A stretch of 64,000 nt of DNA from Vicinamibacterales bacterium (GCA_963663195.1 OY760136.1:4359079-4423078), one strand, 5' to 3'. Shown: positions 32,483 to 42,950, counted from the first letter of the stretch. Notes: a model not told the origin generated them from the letters alone. A program made the numbers and translations.

Positions 32483-33766
32483 ATGGCAGACACGCTGACG
32501 ATTACCGACAACCGCACCGGCCGACAGTACGAGATTCCGATCACGGACGGTACGATCCGAGCCCTGGACCTCCGGCAAATCAAGGTGGACCCGGACGAGT
32601 TCGGCATGATGACGTACGACCCGGCCTTTCAGAACACCGCTTCCTGCCGGAGCCGCGTCACGTTCATCGACGGCGACAAGGGCATCCTGCGCTACCGCGG
32701 CTACCCGATCGAACAGCTGGCCGAGCACAGCACGTTCACCGAGACCGCGTACCTGCTGCTGAACGGGGAGTTGCCCACCGCCGGGGCCCTCGAGGCGTGG
32801 GAAGCGGAGCTGGCCGATCACGCGGCGCTGCCCGAGGGGATCACGAGCCTGCTGGACGGGTTTCAGCCCGACGGGCATCCGATGGGCGTGTTTCTCAGCA
32901 CGGTCGGCGCGCTCTCGACGTACTATCCCGAGGCGAAGCAGGTATTCGACGAGGAGAATCGCCGCATCCAGGTGGCGCGGCTGATCGCCAAGGCGCCCGT
33001 CATCGGCGCGTACTCCTATCGGCACGCCAACGGCCTGCCATACGTCGACCCCGACAGCTCGCTCGGCTTCGCCGGCCGTTTTCTCGGCATGCTGTTGGGA
33101 GAGCCCGGCGCGCCGTACACCCCGGACCCGGTGCTCGAGCGGGCGCTCGACATCCTCTTCATCCTACACGCGGACCACGAGCAGAACTGCAGCACGAGCG
33201 CGATGCGCGGCATCGGCAGCTCGCAGGCCGACCCGTTCGCCTCCATGGCGGGCGCGACGGCGGCGCTGTACGGGCCGCTGCACGGCGGCGCGAACGAGGC
33301 GGTGCTGCGGATGCTCGCCGCCATCGGCTCGGTCGACAACGTGCCGGACTTCATCAAGAAGGTGAAGGCGGGCGAAGGCCGCCTGATGGGTTTCGGCCAC
33401 CGCGTGTACAAGTCGTACGACCCGCGCGCCACGGTCATCAAGGAGCAGGCGTACCGCGTCTTCGAGGTGACCGGGCGCAACCCGCTCCTGGACATCGCCA
33501 TCGAGCTCGAGCGGATCGCCCTGCAGGACGACTACTTCGTCAAGCGCCGGTTGTACCCGAACGTCGACTTCTACTCCGGCCTCATCTACGAGGCGATGGG
33601 CTTCAAGCCCGCCATGTTCACGGTGCTGTTCGCCATCGGCCGCACCCCCGGCTGGGTCGCCCAGTGGCAGGAGATGCTGGGCGACAAGGACCAGAAAATC
33701 GCCCGCCCGCGGCAGATCTACCTCGGCGCCGGCGAGCGCGACTACGTGCCGATGAGTCAGCGGTAA
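32483..33766 (+). CDS. gltA: Citrate synthase
   Basis: IDGDKGILRYRGY, HADHEQNCST, GPLHGGANE, MGFGHRVYK and PNVDFYSG motifs. Confidence 0.98.
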   Translation: MADTLTITDNRTGRQYEIPITDGTIRALDLRQIKVDPDEFGMMTYDPAFQNTASCRSRVTFIDGDKGILRYRGYPIEQLAEHSTFTETAYLLLNGELPTAGALEAWEAELADHAALPEGITSLLDGFQPDGHPMGVFLSTVGALSTYYPEAKQVFDEENRRIQVARLIAKAPVIGAYSYRHANGLPYVDPDSSLGFAGRFLGMLLGEPGAPYTPDPVLERALDILFILHADHEQNCSTSAMRGIGSSQADPFASMAGATAALYGPLHGGANEAVLRMLAAIGSVDNVPDFIKKVKAGEGRLMGFGHRVYKSYDPRATVIKEQAYRVFEVTGRNPLLDIAIELERIALQDDYFVKRRLYPNVDFYSGLIYEAMGFKPAMFTVLFAIGRTPGWVAQWQEMLGDKDQKIARPRQIYLGAGERDYVPMSQR

Positions 33767-33836
33767 CAGGCCGCGGCGGGCAGGCGCTCGCCTGCCGGTT
33801 GACCCCGGGCGGTCCGGCCAGCAAGATCGTAGCGCG

Positions 33837-35372
33837 ATGGACGATCCCCCCACTGTGCCGGGCGGCCCGGCCGGCGCCCGCACCCGCGCGCTGCTGATCG
33901 CGGCGTTCACCATCGCCACCTGCGGGCTGATCTACGAGTTGCTGGCCGGCACCATCGCCAGCTACCTGCTCGGCGACAGCGTTACGCAGTTCTCGACCAT
34001 CATCGGCGTCTACCTCTTCGCCATGGGGGTCGGCTCGTACCTGTCGCGGTACGTCCACCGCGACCTGGTTGCGCGCTTCATCGAGATCGAGATTCTGGTC
34101 GGCCTCATCGGCGGCCTCTCCTCGCCCGTCCTGTTCTTCGCCTTCGGCTGGATGTCCGCCTTCCGGGTCGTGCTGTACGGCTGGGTGCTGGCGACCGGCG
34201 TGCTGGTGGGTCTGGAGATTCCGTTCCTGCTGCGCATCCTGAAGGATCAGTTCCCGTTGCGCGATCTGGTCTCGACCGTGCTCTCGCTCGACTACCTGGG
34301 CGCGCTGGCGGCGTCGCTGCTCTTCCCGCTCTGGCTCGTGCCGCGCGTCGGGCTGATGCGCTCGTCGTTCGTCTTCGGTGTGCTCAACCTGGTGGTCGCC
34401 GTCTGGATGTGCCACGTCTTCCGCCACGAGCACCGCCGGCCGCGCCTCACCGTGCAGGCCTGGGCGGCGCTCGCCGTGCTGCTGGCGGGCGCAGTGTATG
34501 CGGACGATCTGATGGAACGCTCGGAGCGGCAGTTGTACGCCGATCCGGTAATCCTGTCCCGCACGTCCCCGTATCAACGCATCGTGCTGACGCAGTCCAA
34601 CGGCGACGTGCGGCTGTTCCTGAACGGCAATCTCCAGTTTTCGTCGCGCGACGAATACCGCTACCACGAAGCGCTGGTCCATCCAGGACTGGCCGCCGTG
34701 GCGGCGCCGCGACAGGTGCTGGTGCTCGGCGGCGGGGACGGGCTCGCGGTCCGCGAGATCCTCAAGGACAGCCGGGTCGAGCAGATCACCCTGGTGGACC
34801 TCGATCCGCTGGTGACCGACCTTTTCGCGGCGCACGACGCGCTGGCGGCGCTCAACGACCACGCCCTGCGCTCGCCGCGCGTGACGGTGGTCAACGCCGA
34901 CGCCTTCGTCTGGCTGGAGGAACACGCAGAGAGTTACGACTTCATCGTGGTCGACTTCCCCGATCCGTCGAACTACTCGCTCGGCAAGCTCTACACCACC
35001 ACCTTCTACCGCCGGCTGGCTGCGCACCTTGGCGCCGGCGGCGCGATGGCAATCCAGAGCACGTCGCCGCTGGCGGCCCGCGAGGCCTTCTGGTGCATCG
35101 TCGAGACGGTGCGCGAAGTCGGACTGCGCGCCGCGCCCTACCACGCGGCCATCCCGTCATTCGGCGAATGGGGCTTCGTACTCGCGTCCCGCGAACCGTT
35201 GCGGGCGGCGGACCGCTTTCCCGCCGCGCTGCGCTACCTGACGCCGGCCATCGCGCGTTCGCTGTTCGACTTCCCGTCCGACATGGCCGCCGTGCCGGTC
35301 GAGGTGAACCGCCTCAACAACCAGATCCTCGTGCAGTACCACACGGACGGATGGAGCCGCTACGCACGCTGA
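33837..35372 (+). CDS. speE: Polyamine aminopropyltransferase with N-terminal membrane domain
   Basis: About 7 TM helices (CGLIYEL), then SPYQRI, LQFSSRDEYRYHEALVHP, LGGGDG, DFPDP and PSFGEWGF. Confidence 0.88.
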   Translation: MDDPPTVPGGPAGARTRALLIAAFTIATCGLIYELLAGTIASYLLGDSVTQFSTIIGVYLFAMGVGSYLSRYVHRDLVARFIEIEILVGLIGGLSSPVLFFAFGWMSAFRVVLYGWVLATGVLVGLEIPFLLRILKDQFPLRDLVSTVLSLDYLGALAASLLFPLWLVPRVGLMRSSFVFGVLNLVVAVWMCHVFRHEHRRPRLTVQAWAALAVLLAGAVYADDLMERSERQLYADPVILSRTSPYQRIVLTQSNGDVRLFLNGNLQFSSRDEYRYHEALVHPGLAAVAAPRQVLVLGGGDGLAVREILKDSRVEQITLVDLDPLVTDLFAAHDALAALNDHALRSPRVTVVNADAFVWLEEHAESYDFIVVDFPDPSNYSLGKLYTTTFYRRLAAHLGAGGAMAIQSTSPLAAREAFWCIVETVREVGLRAAPYHAAIPSFGEWGFVLASREPLRAADRFPAALRYLTPAIARSLFDFPSDMAAVPVEVNRLNNQILVQYHTDGWSRYAR

Positions 35373-37054
35373 TGCGGGGCCGGCTCCTGTCGCGGCGGGA
35401 CCTGCTCCGTCTCGGTCCCGTCGCCGCCGGAGCGCTTGGGCTCGGCTGCCGGCCGGGCGCGCCGGGACCGGCCGCCCGGGCGCCGGGCGCGGGCCGCATC
35501 GGCGGATCGATTGTGGGCGCCTCGCACCGCATCGGCCACCGCCTGCGGGACGGCGGGTTTCCCGAGCCGCAGCAGACGCGCGAGGTGCCGGTGGTCATCG
35601 TGGGCGGCGGCATGGCGGGGCTGTCCGCCGGCTGGAAGCTCGCCGGGAGCGGCATGCGCGACTTCGTCCTGCTGGAGCTCGAGCCGCAGCCGGGGGGCAA
35701 TGCCCGCTGGGGAGAGAACACCGTCTCGGCATATCCATGGGGGGCGCACTACGTGCCGGTACCGGGCGCGGAAGCGACGGCAGTGCGCGAACTGCTGGAC
35801 GAGATGGGCCTGGTGCAGGAGCACGGCCCGGGCGGCGAGCCTGTCTACGACCCGCGGCATCTGTGCCACGCGCCGCAGGAACGCCTGTTCATCGACGGCC
35901 AGTGGCGCGACGAGATATCCGCGCGGGCGCTGCTGGACGTGGGCGATCCCGGCGCCGCGGCGGCGCTCGCCGCATTCGATGACCAGGTTCGGCGCTACAG
36001 CGACTACCGCGATGCGCGCGGCCGCCGGGCGTTCGCTCTGCCGCGCGCGGCAAGCACGACCGACGCGGAGATCGTCGCGCTCGACCGACTCTCCATGCGC
36101 GACTACTTCGACCGCGCCGGCTGGTCATCGGAGCGGCTGCGCTGGTATGTCGACTATTGCTGCCGCGACGATTACGGCTGCACGCTCGACACCACCTCGG
36201 CCTGGGCCGGCTGGCACTACTTTTGCTCGCGGCCCACGGACGCCGAATACCTGACCTGGCCGGAGGGCAACGGCCGCATCGTGCGCCACTACATGGCGCG
36301 CGTGGCGGAGCACGTCAGCACCGGCATGCTCGTGTACCGGCTGCGCCCGGCGCTGGACGCGGCCGGGGCGCCGGCCCCGGACGGCGGCGTCGAGGTCGAC
36401 GCGCTCGACACCGCCAGCGACACCGCGGTGCGCTTCCAGGCGCGCCACGCCATCTACGCCCTGCCGCGATTCACGGCCCGCCGCGTCATCGAGGGCTACC
36501 CGCCGGCCGGGGCGCCGTCGGACGAATTCACGTACTGCCCCTGGATGGTGGCCAACCTCACGGTCGACCGGCTGCCGGCCGGCGCCGCCTGGGACAACGT
36601 GCTGTACGACAGCCCGTCGGTGGGCTACGTGGTCGCCACCCACCAGAACCTGCGGACGGCCCCGGGCGCGAGCGTGCTGACGTACTACCTGCCGCTGACG
36701 CCGCCGAACCCGGAGGTGGCGCGCGCGTGGATGCTGGAACGGAGCTGGGACGACTGGGTGGCGCTGATCTTCGCCGACCTCATTCAGGCGCACCCGGAGA
36801 TCGAGTCGCTCGTGTCCAATGTCGACGTGATGCTGTGGGGGCACGCCATGATCCGGCCGGTACCCGGGTTCCTGTGGGGCGCGGCGAGAAGCGCCGGCCG
36901 GCGCCACGGCGCGATCCGCTTCGCCCACTCCGACATGAGCGGGCTGTCGCTGTTCGAGGAGGCGCAGTACCACGGCGTGCGGGCGGCCGAAGAAGTGCTG
37001 CGCGCCCTGGGGCATCCCCACGCCAGCAGCCTGCCCCCCGTCGCGGATACCTGA
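35372..37054 (+). CDS. Tat-signal FAD-dependent oxidoreductase (amine oxidase-like)
   Basis: SRRDLL Tat motif with LGLGC, GGGMAG dinucleotide fold, WGAHYVP, WGHAM and HSDMSG.SLFEEA. TGATG coupling to speE. Confidence 0.85.
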   Translation: MRGRLLSRRDLLRLGPVAAGALGLGCRPGAPGPAARAPGAGRIGGSIVGASHRIGHRLRDGGFPEPQQTREVPVVIVGGGMAGLSAGWKLAGSGMRDFVLLELEPQPGGNARWGENTVSAYPWGAHYVPVPGAEATAVRELLDEMGLVQEHGPGGEPVYDPRHLCHAPQERLFIDGQWRDEISARALLDVGDPGAAAALAAFDDQVRRYSDYRDARGRRAFALPRAASTTDAEIVALDRLSMRDYFDRAGWSSERLRWYVDYCCRDDYGCTLDTTSAWAGWHYFCSRPTDAEYLTWPEGNGRIVRHYMARVAEHVSTGMLVYRLRPALDAAGAPAPDGGVEVDALDTASDTAVRFQARHAIYALPRFTARRVIEGYPPAGAPSDEFTYCPWMVANLTVDRLPAGAAWDNVLYDSPSVGYVVATHQNLRTAPGASVLTYYLPLTPPNPEVARAWMLERSWDDWVALIFADLIQAHPEIESLVSNVDVMLWGHAMIRPVPGFLWGAARSAGRRHGAIRFAHSDMSGLSLFEEAQYHGVRAAEEVLRALGHPHASSLPPVADT

Positions 37055-37075
37055 GCGCTGCGCCGCGGCCGGACG

Positions 37076-37792
37076 TTACGCCGGCGGCGCGATTCCCATC
37101 TTCTTCTTCAGCGCGGCCAGGGAATCGGACTGGGCGCTCGCCGAGGGATTGGCCAGCGCCTTGTCGATGTCGCCGTCGATATCGCCCCCGACGTCGGCCA
37201 GCTCGTCGTACGCCTCGGCTAGCGATTCCTCCTCGCTCACCTTGTCCTTCATCTTCTCGAGCATCGCCACGGTGCCCGAAGCGTCGGCGCCCGCCAACTG
37301 CTGGTTGATCTTGCGCATGGACGACGCGGTGCGCGCGCGGGCCTTGAGGGTGATCGCTTCGTTCTCGAACTTGGCGATCTGCCGCTTGAGCTCCTCCACC
37401 TTGCCCTGCAGCTGATCCGCCATCTGCTGCTGCGTCTGGTGGTCGGCAACGGTGCGCGCCGCCTGCTGCAGCGACTCGTCCTTCTTCTCGAGCGCCGCCG
37501 TGGCGAGGCGCTCCGCCTCGGCCGCGTCCATCTCCCCGGTCTCCATCCGGCGCAGCAGCATCATCGCCTTGCGCTCGTAGTCGGCCGCCCGCTTCTTGTG
37601 ATCCTCGCCCTCCTTCTTCAGGCGGATCGCCAGCGACTTCACCTGGGCGAGGCTGACCATGGCGGCCTGCAGATTCTTCTTGAGGTCGCGGATGCCCTGC
37701 TCGGTCATCTTGATGGGGTCTTCCAGGTTGTCGAGCGCGGTATGGGCATTCGACTCGGCGACCTTGAACATCCTGCGAAAAATGCTGGCCAT
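37076..37792 (-). CDS. PspA/IM30 family protein
   Basis: MASIFRRMFK amphipathic start, LEDPIKM.EQ.IRD, long coiled coil and LKARA. Confidence 0.92.
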   Translation of the reverse strand: MASIFRRMFKVAESNAHTALDNLEDPIKMTEQGIRDLKKNLQAAMVSLAQVKSLAIRLKKEGEDHKKRAADYERKAMMLLRRMETGEMDAAEAERLATAALEKKDESLQQAARTVADHQTQQQMADQLQGKVEELKRQIAKFENEAITLKARARTASSMRKINQQLAGADASGTVAMLEKMKDKVSEEESLAEAYDELADVGGDIDGDIDKALANPSASAQSDSLAALKKKMGIAPPA

Positions 37793-37819
37793 GACTGCGT
37801 CTCCTTCAATCGTCCAGAG

Positions 37820-38215
37820 TTATTTCTTCAGATAGGTGAGCAATTCGGCGCCGTACTCCGCCAGCGCCAGGGACAGCGACCGGATCGAACCCTCGAGCTC
37901 GTTGACGTCGAGATGGCTGATCTGCAGCGTGTCGCGGAAGAAGATGCGGCCGCCCGTCTCGTCGAGCACGAACGCGCCGTGCACGAGCGTGTTGTTCATC
38001 TGCAGCAGCCGCACGAACAGGTCGCCCGGCTCCGCCGGCACCTCGGCAATCAGTTGCTCGAGCACCACGATGGGCGGCTCGCAGTCGATGACGAGCTGCT
38101 TTATGCCGTTTTCCTCGTCGTCGACCACCACCAGCGTATCCGCCTCGTTCTCCGCGACAATCGTCAGATCGAGGTCGAGCAGATAGCCCTTCACCCGATC
38201 GAGATACTCAGACAT
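37820..38215 (-). CDS. YbjN/CesT-like chaperone-fold protein
   Basis: Small acidic protein with LLQMNNTLVHGAFVLD...FRDTLQ..LD.NEL. Confidence 0.75.
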   Translation of the reverse strand: MSEYLDRVKGYLLDLDLTIVAENEADTLVVVDDEENGIKQLVIDCEPPIVVLEQLIAEVPAEPGDLFVRLLQMNNTLVHGAFVLDETGGRIFFRDTLQISHLDVNELEGSIRSLSLALAEYGAELLTYLKK

Positions 38216-38312
38216 TCCCCGGCACCTCCTGGCAGGCCGCGTGGCCCGTTCGTCTCCCGTGCGGCAACGCCCGCACGTCTCACTGATCCTACCGTTGTTT
38301 GTGATCCGTTGT

Positions 38313-39356
38313 TTACGGTTCGCCGCCGCGGCCGTTCGCCGCGACGACCACCAGCCGGTCGTCGGCCGCGACGACGGTTTCCGCATCGGGATTCGTGACC
38401 GCATTGCCGCCGCCGTGCGGCAGAATGGCCAGTGCGATCATGCCCTGCTCCCGCTTCAGCGCGGAGAACAGGTCGAAGAATGTCCGTCCCGCAAACGTCT
38501 CGGGCACCGGGACGGTGATCAGATCATGGCCGACCTGTGCGCTCAACAGCTCGCGCAGGACCGTCGAGATGCCGTGATCGAGCGCGGCGGTCGAGATCAC
38601 GCGGCTGCTGAACTCGGCGCCCACGATGATCTCGTCGGCGCCGGCGCGCTCGCAGTGGGCGACATTCTCCTCGCTGGCCAGCTCGACGATCGAGTGAACG
38701 GCCGGATTGAGGCTCTCGACCGTCAGCACCGACAGCACCGCCTTGGCGTCCCGCGGGCCGTAGTCCAGCGAGCGGTCGCCGACCATGACCACGGTGGCGG
38801 CCTGCTCGATGCCGGCCCGCTTCAGGTTCTCCTCGTTCAGCTTGCCGCGCACGAAGAAGAGCTGCTCGTCGGCGACCGGATTCGTCTCGATGTCGGCAAT
38901 CAGCACGATCGGGGCCTCGGCCGCGCGCGGGTCGGCGCGCAGGTCCTTGAGGATCTCCCGTGTCCGATCGTTCCATTCGCACAGGATGATGTGCCCTGCC
39001 AGATCGTACGAGTCCATGCCCCGCTCCTTCCGCAGCCGCTTCTCGACAAATACGCCGGCAATAGTGGCCGTGAACATCCCCAGCATGCCGATGCCAAAGA
39101 ACATGAGCACGACGCCGATCAGCCGGCCGCCGAGCGACGCGGGCGCGATATCGCCGAAGCCGACGGTGGTCACGGTGACGATGGCCCACCACAGCGCGTC
39201 GGGGAACGACCGGTTCGGCTCGAAGACGATAAGCCCGGCGGCCCCCAGCAACACCAGGGCCGCTATGGCGGCCATCAGGCGCAGCAGGTTCTCGCGACGC
39301 AGGAACGCCAGCAGCGCCAGCAGCGGCCGGGCCGCGTTCTTCAACAGCGCGCGCAT
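38313..39356 (-). CDS. 2-TM potassium channel with RCK (TrkA-N/C) domains
   Basis: WWAIVTVTTVGFGD selectivity filter, GHIILC and AGIEQA. Confidence 0.92.
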   Translation of the reverse strand: MRALLKNAARPLLALLAFLRRENLLRLMAAIAALVLLGAAGLIVFEPNRSFPDALWWAIVTVTTVGFGDIAPASLGGRLIGVVLMFFGIGMLGMFTATIAGVFVEKRLRKERGMDSYDLAGHIILCEWNDRTREILKDLRADPRAAEAPIVLIADIETNPVADEQLFFVRGKLNEENLKRAGIEQAATVVMVGDRSLDYGPRDAKAVLSVLTVESLNPAVHSIVELASEENVAHCERAGADEIIVGAEFSSRVISTAALDHGISTVLRELLSAQVGHDLITVPVPETFAGRTFFDLFSALKREQGMIALAILPHGGGNAVTNPDAETVVAADDRLVVVAANGRGGEP

Positions 39357-39390
39357 GGATTGCGTGGCGGTGAGCTGATGTGCGGCGGCG

Positions 39391-40233
39391 CTATAACGTC
39401 AGGCCGATCAGCATCGACGCAGCGACGTAGGTGACCGCCTCGATCACCCCGGCGGCCAGGTTCGGCCGCTCCTTGACCAATTCGTCGCTCAGGTTGGCGC
39501 CCGGCAGAAGCAACCGGTCGGCCACCAGCCGGACGAACGGCAACAGGATCAGCCCGGCCACGGTGTAGTACGCGAACCCGCTCAGGCTCTCTCCCCAGGA
39601 GACGAAGTCGCCTTCGCCGGCCAGCCGGATGATGTTGCCGAATCCGACGAGCACCCCGGCGAACGCCACCCCGACCGCCACGTTGTCCCGCTCGATCTGA
39701 TCGTGGAGGTCGTACGACGTGATCCGGTCGTACAGCAGGCCGGCGACCACGAGCGCCGCAAGCCCCGCGACCCAGAACGCCAGGCCCGGCAGCAGGCCGC
39801 CCTCGCCCGACATCGCCCCCGCCGTGATGAGCCCGACCGCGACGTAGTTGCCCCCTTCGACGGCGCCCAGGCCGGCGTTGCGGTCCTCGACGATCTCCCG
39901 CTCGTTGTCGAACTTCGAGAAGACGACCGTGTCGTTGATCCAGGCGGAGAGATTGAGCAGCGCAATCCCCAGCAGCCCGAAGATCACAAGGCTGATGATG
40001 TCGTCGAGCAGGCTGAAGGAAGCCGGTCCGTACGCCACGCCCCCGAGCACGATCGCCAGACCGAGGTAGTAGCCCGCGACGGCCAGGGCCACCGCCAGGT
40101 TGCCGTTGTCGAGCAGCTCGACCCGCAGCACGAAGCGCCGGTGCAGCGCGTCGAAGACCCACTTGCCGATGACGAGCAGGACCAGCACCACCGCCAGATA
40201 GATGAAGCCCGTCACGATCTGGTCCACCGTCAT
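39391..40233 (-). CDS. Tandem DUF350 (UPF0719/YjfL) membrane protein
   Basis: Repeated N.AV motifs after E(L/I): ELLDNGNLAVA, EIVEDRNAGLG, QIERDNVAVG, ELVKERPNLAAG. Confidence 0.8.
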   Translation of the reverse strand: MTVDQIVTGFIYLAVVLVLLVIGKWVFDALHRRFVLRVELLDNGNLAVALAVAGYYLGLAIVLGGVAYGPASFSLLDDIISLVIFGLLGIALLNLSAWINDTVVFSKFDNEREIVEDRNAGLGAVEGGNYVAVGLITAGAMSGEGGLLPGLAFWVAGLAALVVAGLLYDRITSYDLHDQIERDNVAVGVAFAGVLVGFGNIIRLAGEGDFVSWGESLSGFAYYTVAGLILLPFVRLVADRLLLPGANLSDELVKERPNLAAGVIEAVTYVAASMLIGLTL

Positions 40234-40263
40234 GATTCGCCCTCCTCGGCCGCCCGCCGCGGG

Positions 40264-40965
40264 CTACTTGCCGCCGAAGCGGCCGCCGCCCAGCATCCGC
40301 CCGCGCACCCGATCGCCGAACGACCGCGACTGCGCCGCCTGGCGCGCTTGCTGCCGGCGGAAGAAATCGGGATTCGTCTGGCGCGTAACCGTCCCGCTCG
40401 TGCCGTATGCGCCGCCGGGTCCGTAATACGTCTGTCCGCGGGAGCGGGTATTCCGGTAATCGTCCCAATCGCCGCGGTAGATCGGCCGGTTGAAGCCGCC
40501 GATCAGATGACTCAGCAGGGCGTACTGCCCGTAGAACTCCCAGAACGACCGCCCGCCGCCGTCGTCGCGCCAGCGGCCGTAGCGCTCGTCGCCCACCTGC
40601 TGGTAGCCGGGCGGGTGCTGCTGCTGGTCGACGACCCCGTCGGGGCCCTTCGAGAGGATCACCATGCCCAGGAAAGACTGGTACCGGTTGTACGCGCGGC
40701 GGCCCACCCGCTGCCATTCGAGCACGGTCTCGCGGTGGGCCATTTCCCCGGACTCGCCGTCCGGCGCGCCGACGACGACCCGGTACTGGTGGTAGAAACC
40801 ATCGGGCCGCATGTCCTGGAGGACGACCGAGTATTCGGGAAATGGCTCGAGCTCGCGTTGCAGCCGCTCCAGCGGCGTCTCGCCGGCGCACGCCGCGGCA
40901 AACATGGCGGCGGCCGCGATCGCCAGCGGCCGCCAGCCCGTGAATCGGCGGCGCGGGCGGCTCAC
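40264..40965 (-). CDS. Lipoprotein with Gly/Arg/Tyr-rich C-terminus (DUF1190/YjfM-like role)
   Basis: Lipobox AAAC, YG.W...GG.SFWEFYGQYA and a GGGRFGGK tail. Located in the PspA cluster. Confidence 0.6.
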   Translation of the reverse strand: MSRPRRRFTGWRPLAIAAAAMFAAACAGETPLERLQRELEPFPEYSVVLQDMRPDGFYHQYRVVVGAPDGESGEMAHRETVLEWQRVGRRAYNRYQSFLGMVILSKGPDGVVDQQQHPPGYQQVGDERYGRWRDDGGGRSFWEFYGQYALLSHLIGGFNRPIYRGDWDDYRNTRSRGQTYYGPGGAYGTSGTVTRQTNPDFFRRQQARQAAQSRSFGDRVRGRMLGGGRFGGK

Positions 40966-41510
40966 TCGGCCGCTCCCGGCAGCAGGTGCGTGAATTCGTA
41001 CTCCTCGACCACGAATCCGGCGGCCGCCGCGAACTCCGTCTCGCCGTGCTGTTCGATGCCGACGAATTTCTTCTCGGCGGCGTCCAGGAACTCCCAGCGG
41101 ATCATCTGCTCGCCGGCTCCCTTGCCGTCGGGGAACATGTGCCCGCCGTAGCAGGCGTCAAGGTGGTATTCGGCGCCCTCGAACACGATGCGGGCGGGCG
41201 GATCGTCATGGTCGAGGATATGCCGCCGGATGTCGCCGTCCATGGCGCCTATCGAAATGGTCCTGGACAGCGACCAGCCGCCGTCGGCCAGCTCCAGGTA
41301 GCGCCGCTCGCCGCCGGCCGAGAGCTCCCACTCCTCGACGCTGCGGTCCATGCCGGAGAAGGTGTAGCGGCAGTAGCCGGTGACCTGCCAGGTCTGCAGG
41401 TCATAGTCGACCAGATAGCCGACCTTCAGCTTGTCCAGCACCAGATCGGCCAGCGGATCCGGCGCCTGATCCGCTGGCTTCCGACCGAACATCCGATCCA
41501 TCAGTCCCAT
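40962..41510 (-). CDS. DUF4178-like protein
   Basis: LKVGYLVDYDLQTWQV.G...EW.L...YLE...PP..I.FEG.EY.L. Adjacent to DUF350. Confidence 0.7.
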   Translation of the reverse strand: MGLMDRMFGRKPADQAPDPLADLVLDKLKVGYLVDYDLQTWQVTGYCRYTFSGMDRSVEEWELSAGGERRYLELADGGWSLSRTISIGAMDGDIRRHILDHDDPPARIVFEGAEYHLDACYGGHMFPDGKGAGEQMIRWEFLDAAEKKFVGIEQHGETEFAAAAGFVVEEYEFTHLLPGAAE

Positions 41511-41538
41511 ATCGTCGGCTTCGTTGGCTTCGATATCT

Positions 41539-41566
41539 TGGGGCTGCGCCCCAAACCCCCGGCGGC
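41539..41566. repeat. REP-like repeat core (reverse orientation)
   Basis: TGGGGCTGCGCCCCAAACCCCCGGC is the reverse complement of the core seen at 5430-5525 and 45515-45540. Confidence 0.8.
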
Positions 41567-41663
41567 TGCACAAGTACCAGCCGTTCCCTCTTCTATTGTT
41601 GCGTACGTCGGTCGCCAGCGGGGTGACACGTCTCCGTTGGATGCCAGGTTTCGCCGCGGGCGG

Positions 41664-41930
41664 TCATTTCAGCAGGCGTAACGTCAGCAGCATGCCGGCG
41701 GCGCCCAGCATCAACCAGACCGCCGGGTTGACCGGCTGGCCGCCCACGGCCAGGTTGACGAAGAAGCCGAGCGCCAGCAGCAGGACGACCCCCAGGACGA
41801 CCGGCGCCCACAGGCGGCCGGCCGGCCGGTCCGTCGACGCGGGCAGCTCGGACTCGCTCGTCGCCTCTCCGCAGCGAAAGCAGATCAGGGCATTGTCGGC
41901 TATCTCCGTCCCGCAGTGCCTGCAGTCCAT
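41664..41930 (-). CDS. Small zinc-ribbon membrane protein
   Basis: CRHCG...ICFRCG followed by two TM helices. Confidence 0.7.
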   Translation of the reverse strand: MDCRHCGTEIADNALICFRCGEATSESELPASTDRPAGRLWAPVVLGVVLLLALGFFVNLAVGGQPVNPAVWLMLGAAGMLLTLRLLK

Positions 41931-41949
41931 CGTCTCTACATCCTTCGCG

Positions 41950-42939
41950 TTAGTCGGACCCGGCGCGCTGGCGCAGTTCGCGCGACACGCGGGCCAGCTC
42001 CAGCAGCAGCCGCTCCAGCTCCTCCGTATATTCGTGCTCCGGCAGCGCCGTCTTGCGCGCCCGCAGCGCGGCCACCTCCGCTGCGAGCGCCTCCCGTCGT
42101 TCGACGAGCGGCGCCAGCGCCGGATCGCCTGAGGCCGCGGGCGACGCCACGCCGGCGCCGAAGTAGAGGCCGGCCGCCAGCCGGCCGTCCGTTCCAGGCC
42201 GGTCGGCGTCGACGCCGATGCCGTCGCCCGAGTCGTCCAGCACCGCCCGCTCGGTTGCGAGGCGACCTTCCTGCTGATACCAGCGCCGCACGCGCGCGCT
42301 GGTCGACACGAACGCTTCCCAGACCGACACGCGCCCGTCCTTGTCGGCGTCGGACGCCGGATCGGCCACCGCCGCGACGAAGAACCGGGGGAACACCGTG
42401 TCGTAACGCTGGGCCGGCGATGCCGTGGCGGCGATCACGACGCGGCCCTCGCGGGCGAGCCGGCGGACAAACGGCAGGCTCGACGCCGTGGTGTTGACGA
42501 ATACGGCGCCGCCCGGCAACGAATCCAGTAGCCGGCGCCATTCGGCGGCGGACAGGTCCGGCCCCACGAGGTTGAAGCGCGCATCCACCCCGTCGTCGGT
42601 CCCGTGCCCGATCAGTACGACCAGCAACTGGGCGTCGGCGGCCATGCGCTGCCGCAGGGCGTCCACCGCGGCCTCGACCCCGCCGCGGGATGCGCGCCCG
42701 ACCCCCGGTCCGGGGATCTCCCCCAGCACGAACAGGTGGTCGTCCCTGAAACCGGGCTGATCGCGCAGCGCCTCGACGAGGGCCTGGCGCCAGGCGGTGT
42801 ATGTCTCCGCGTATTGCGGGCCGCCGGACGCGCCGCTCACCACCAGCGCGAACTGGTCGCCCCGCGCCGGCGCCGGCGCCAGCAGCACCGCGGCGGCGCT
42901 ACACAGGACGACGAGTGCGGAAACCAGTTGGCCGCGCAT
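41950..42939 (-). CDS. Secreted caspase/C13-fold protein, probably inactive
   Basis: Signal peptide, ALVVSG, LIGHG, NTTASS (no Cys), [13 protein letters not shown] and a C-terminal coiled coil. Confidence 0.6.
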   Translation of the reverse strand: MRGQLVSALVVLCSAAAVLLAPAPARGDQFALVVSGASGGPQYAETYTAWRQALVEALRDQPGFRDDHLFVLGEIPGPGVGRASRGGVEAAVDALRQRMAADAQLLVVLIGHGTDDGVDARFNLVGPDLSAAEWRRLLDSLPGGAVFVNTTASSLPFVRRLAREGRVVIAATASPAQRYDTVFPRFFVAAVADPASDADKDGRVSVWEAFVSTSARVRRWYQQEGRLATERAVLDDSGDGIGVDADRPGTDGRLAAGLYFGAGVASPAASGDPALAPLVERREALAAEVAALRARKTALPEHEYTEELERLLLELARVSRELRQRAGSD

Positions 42940-42950
42940 GCGCCACGACT

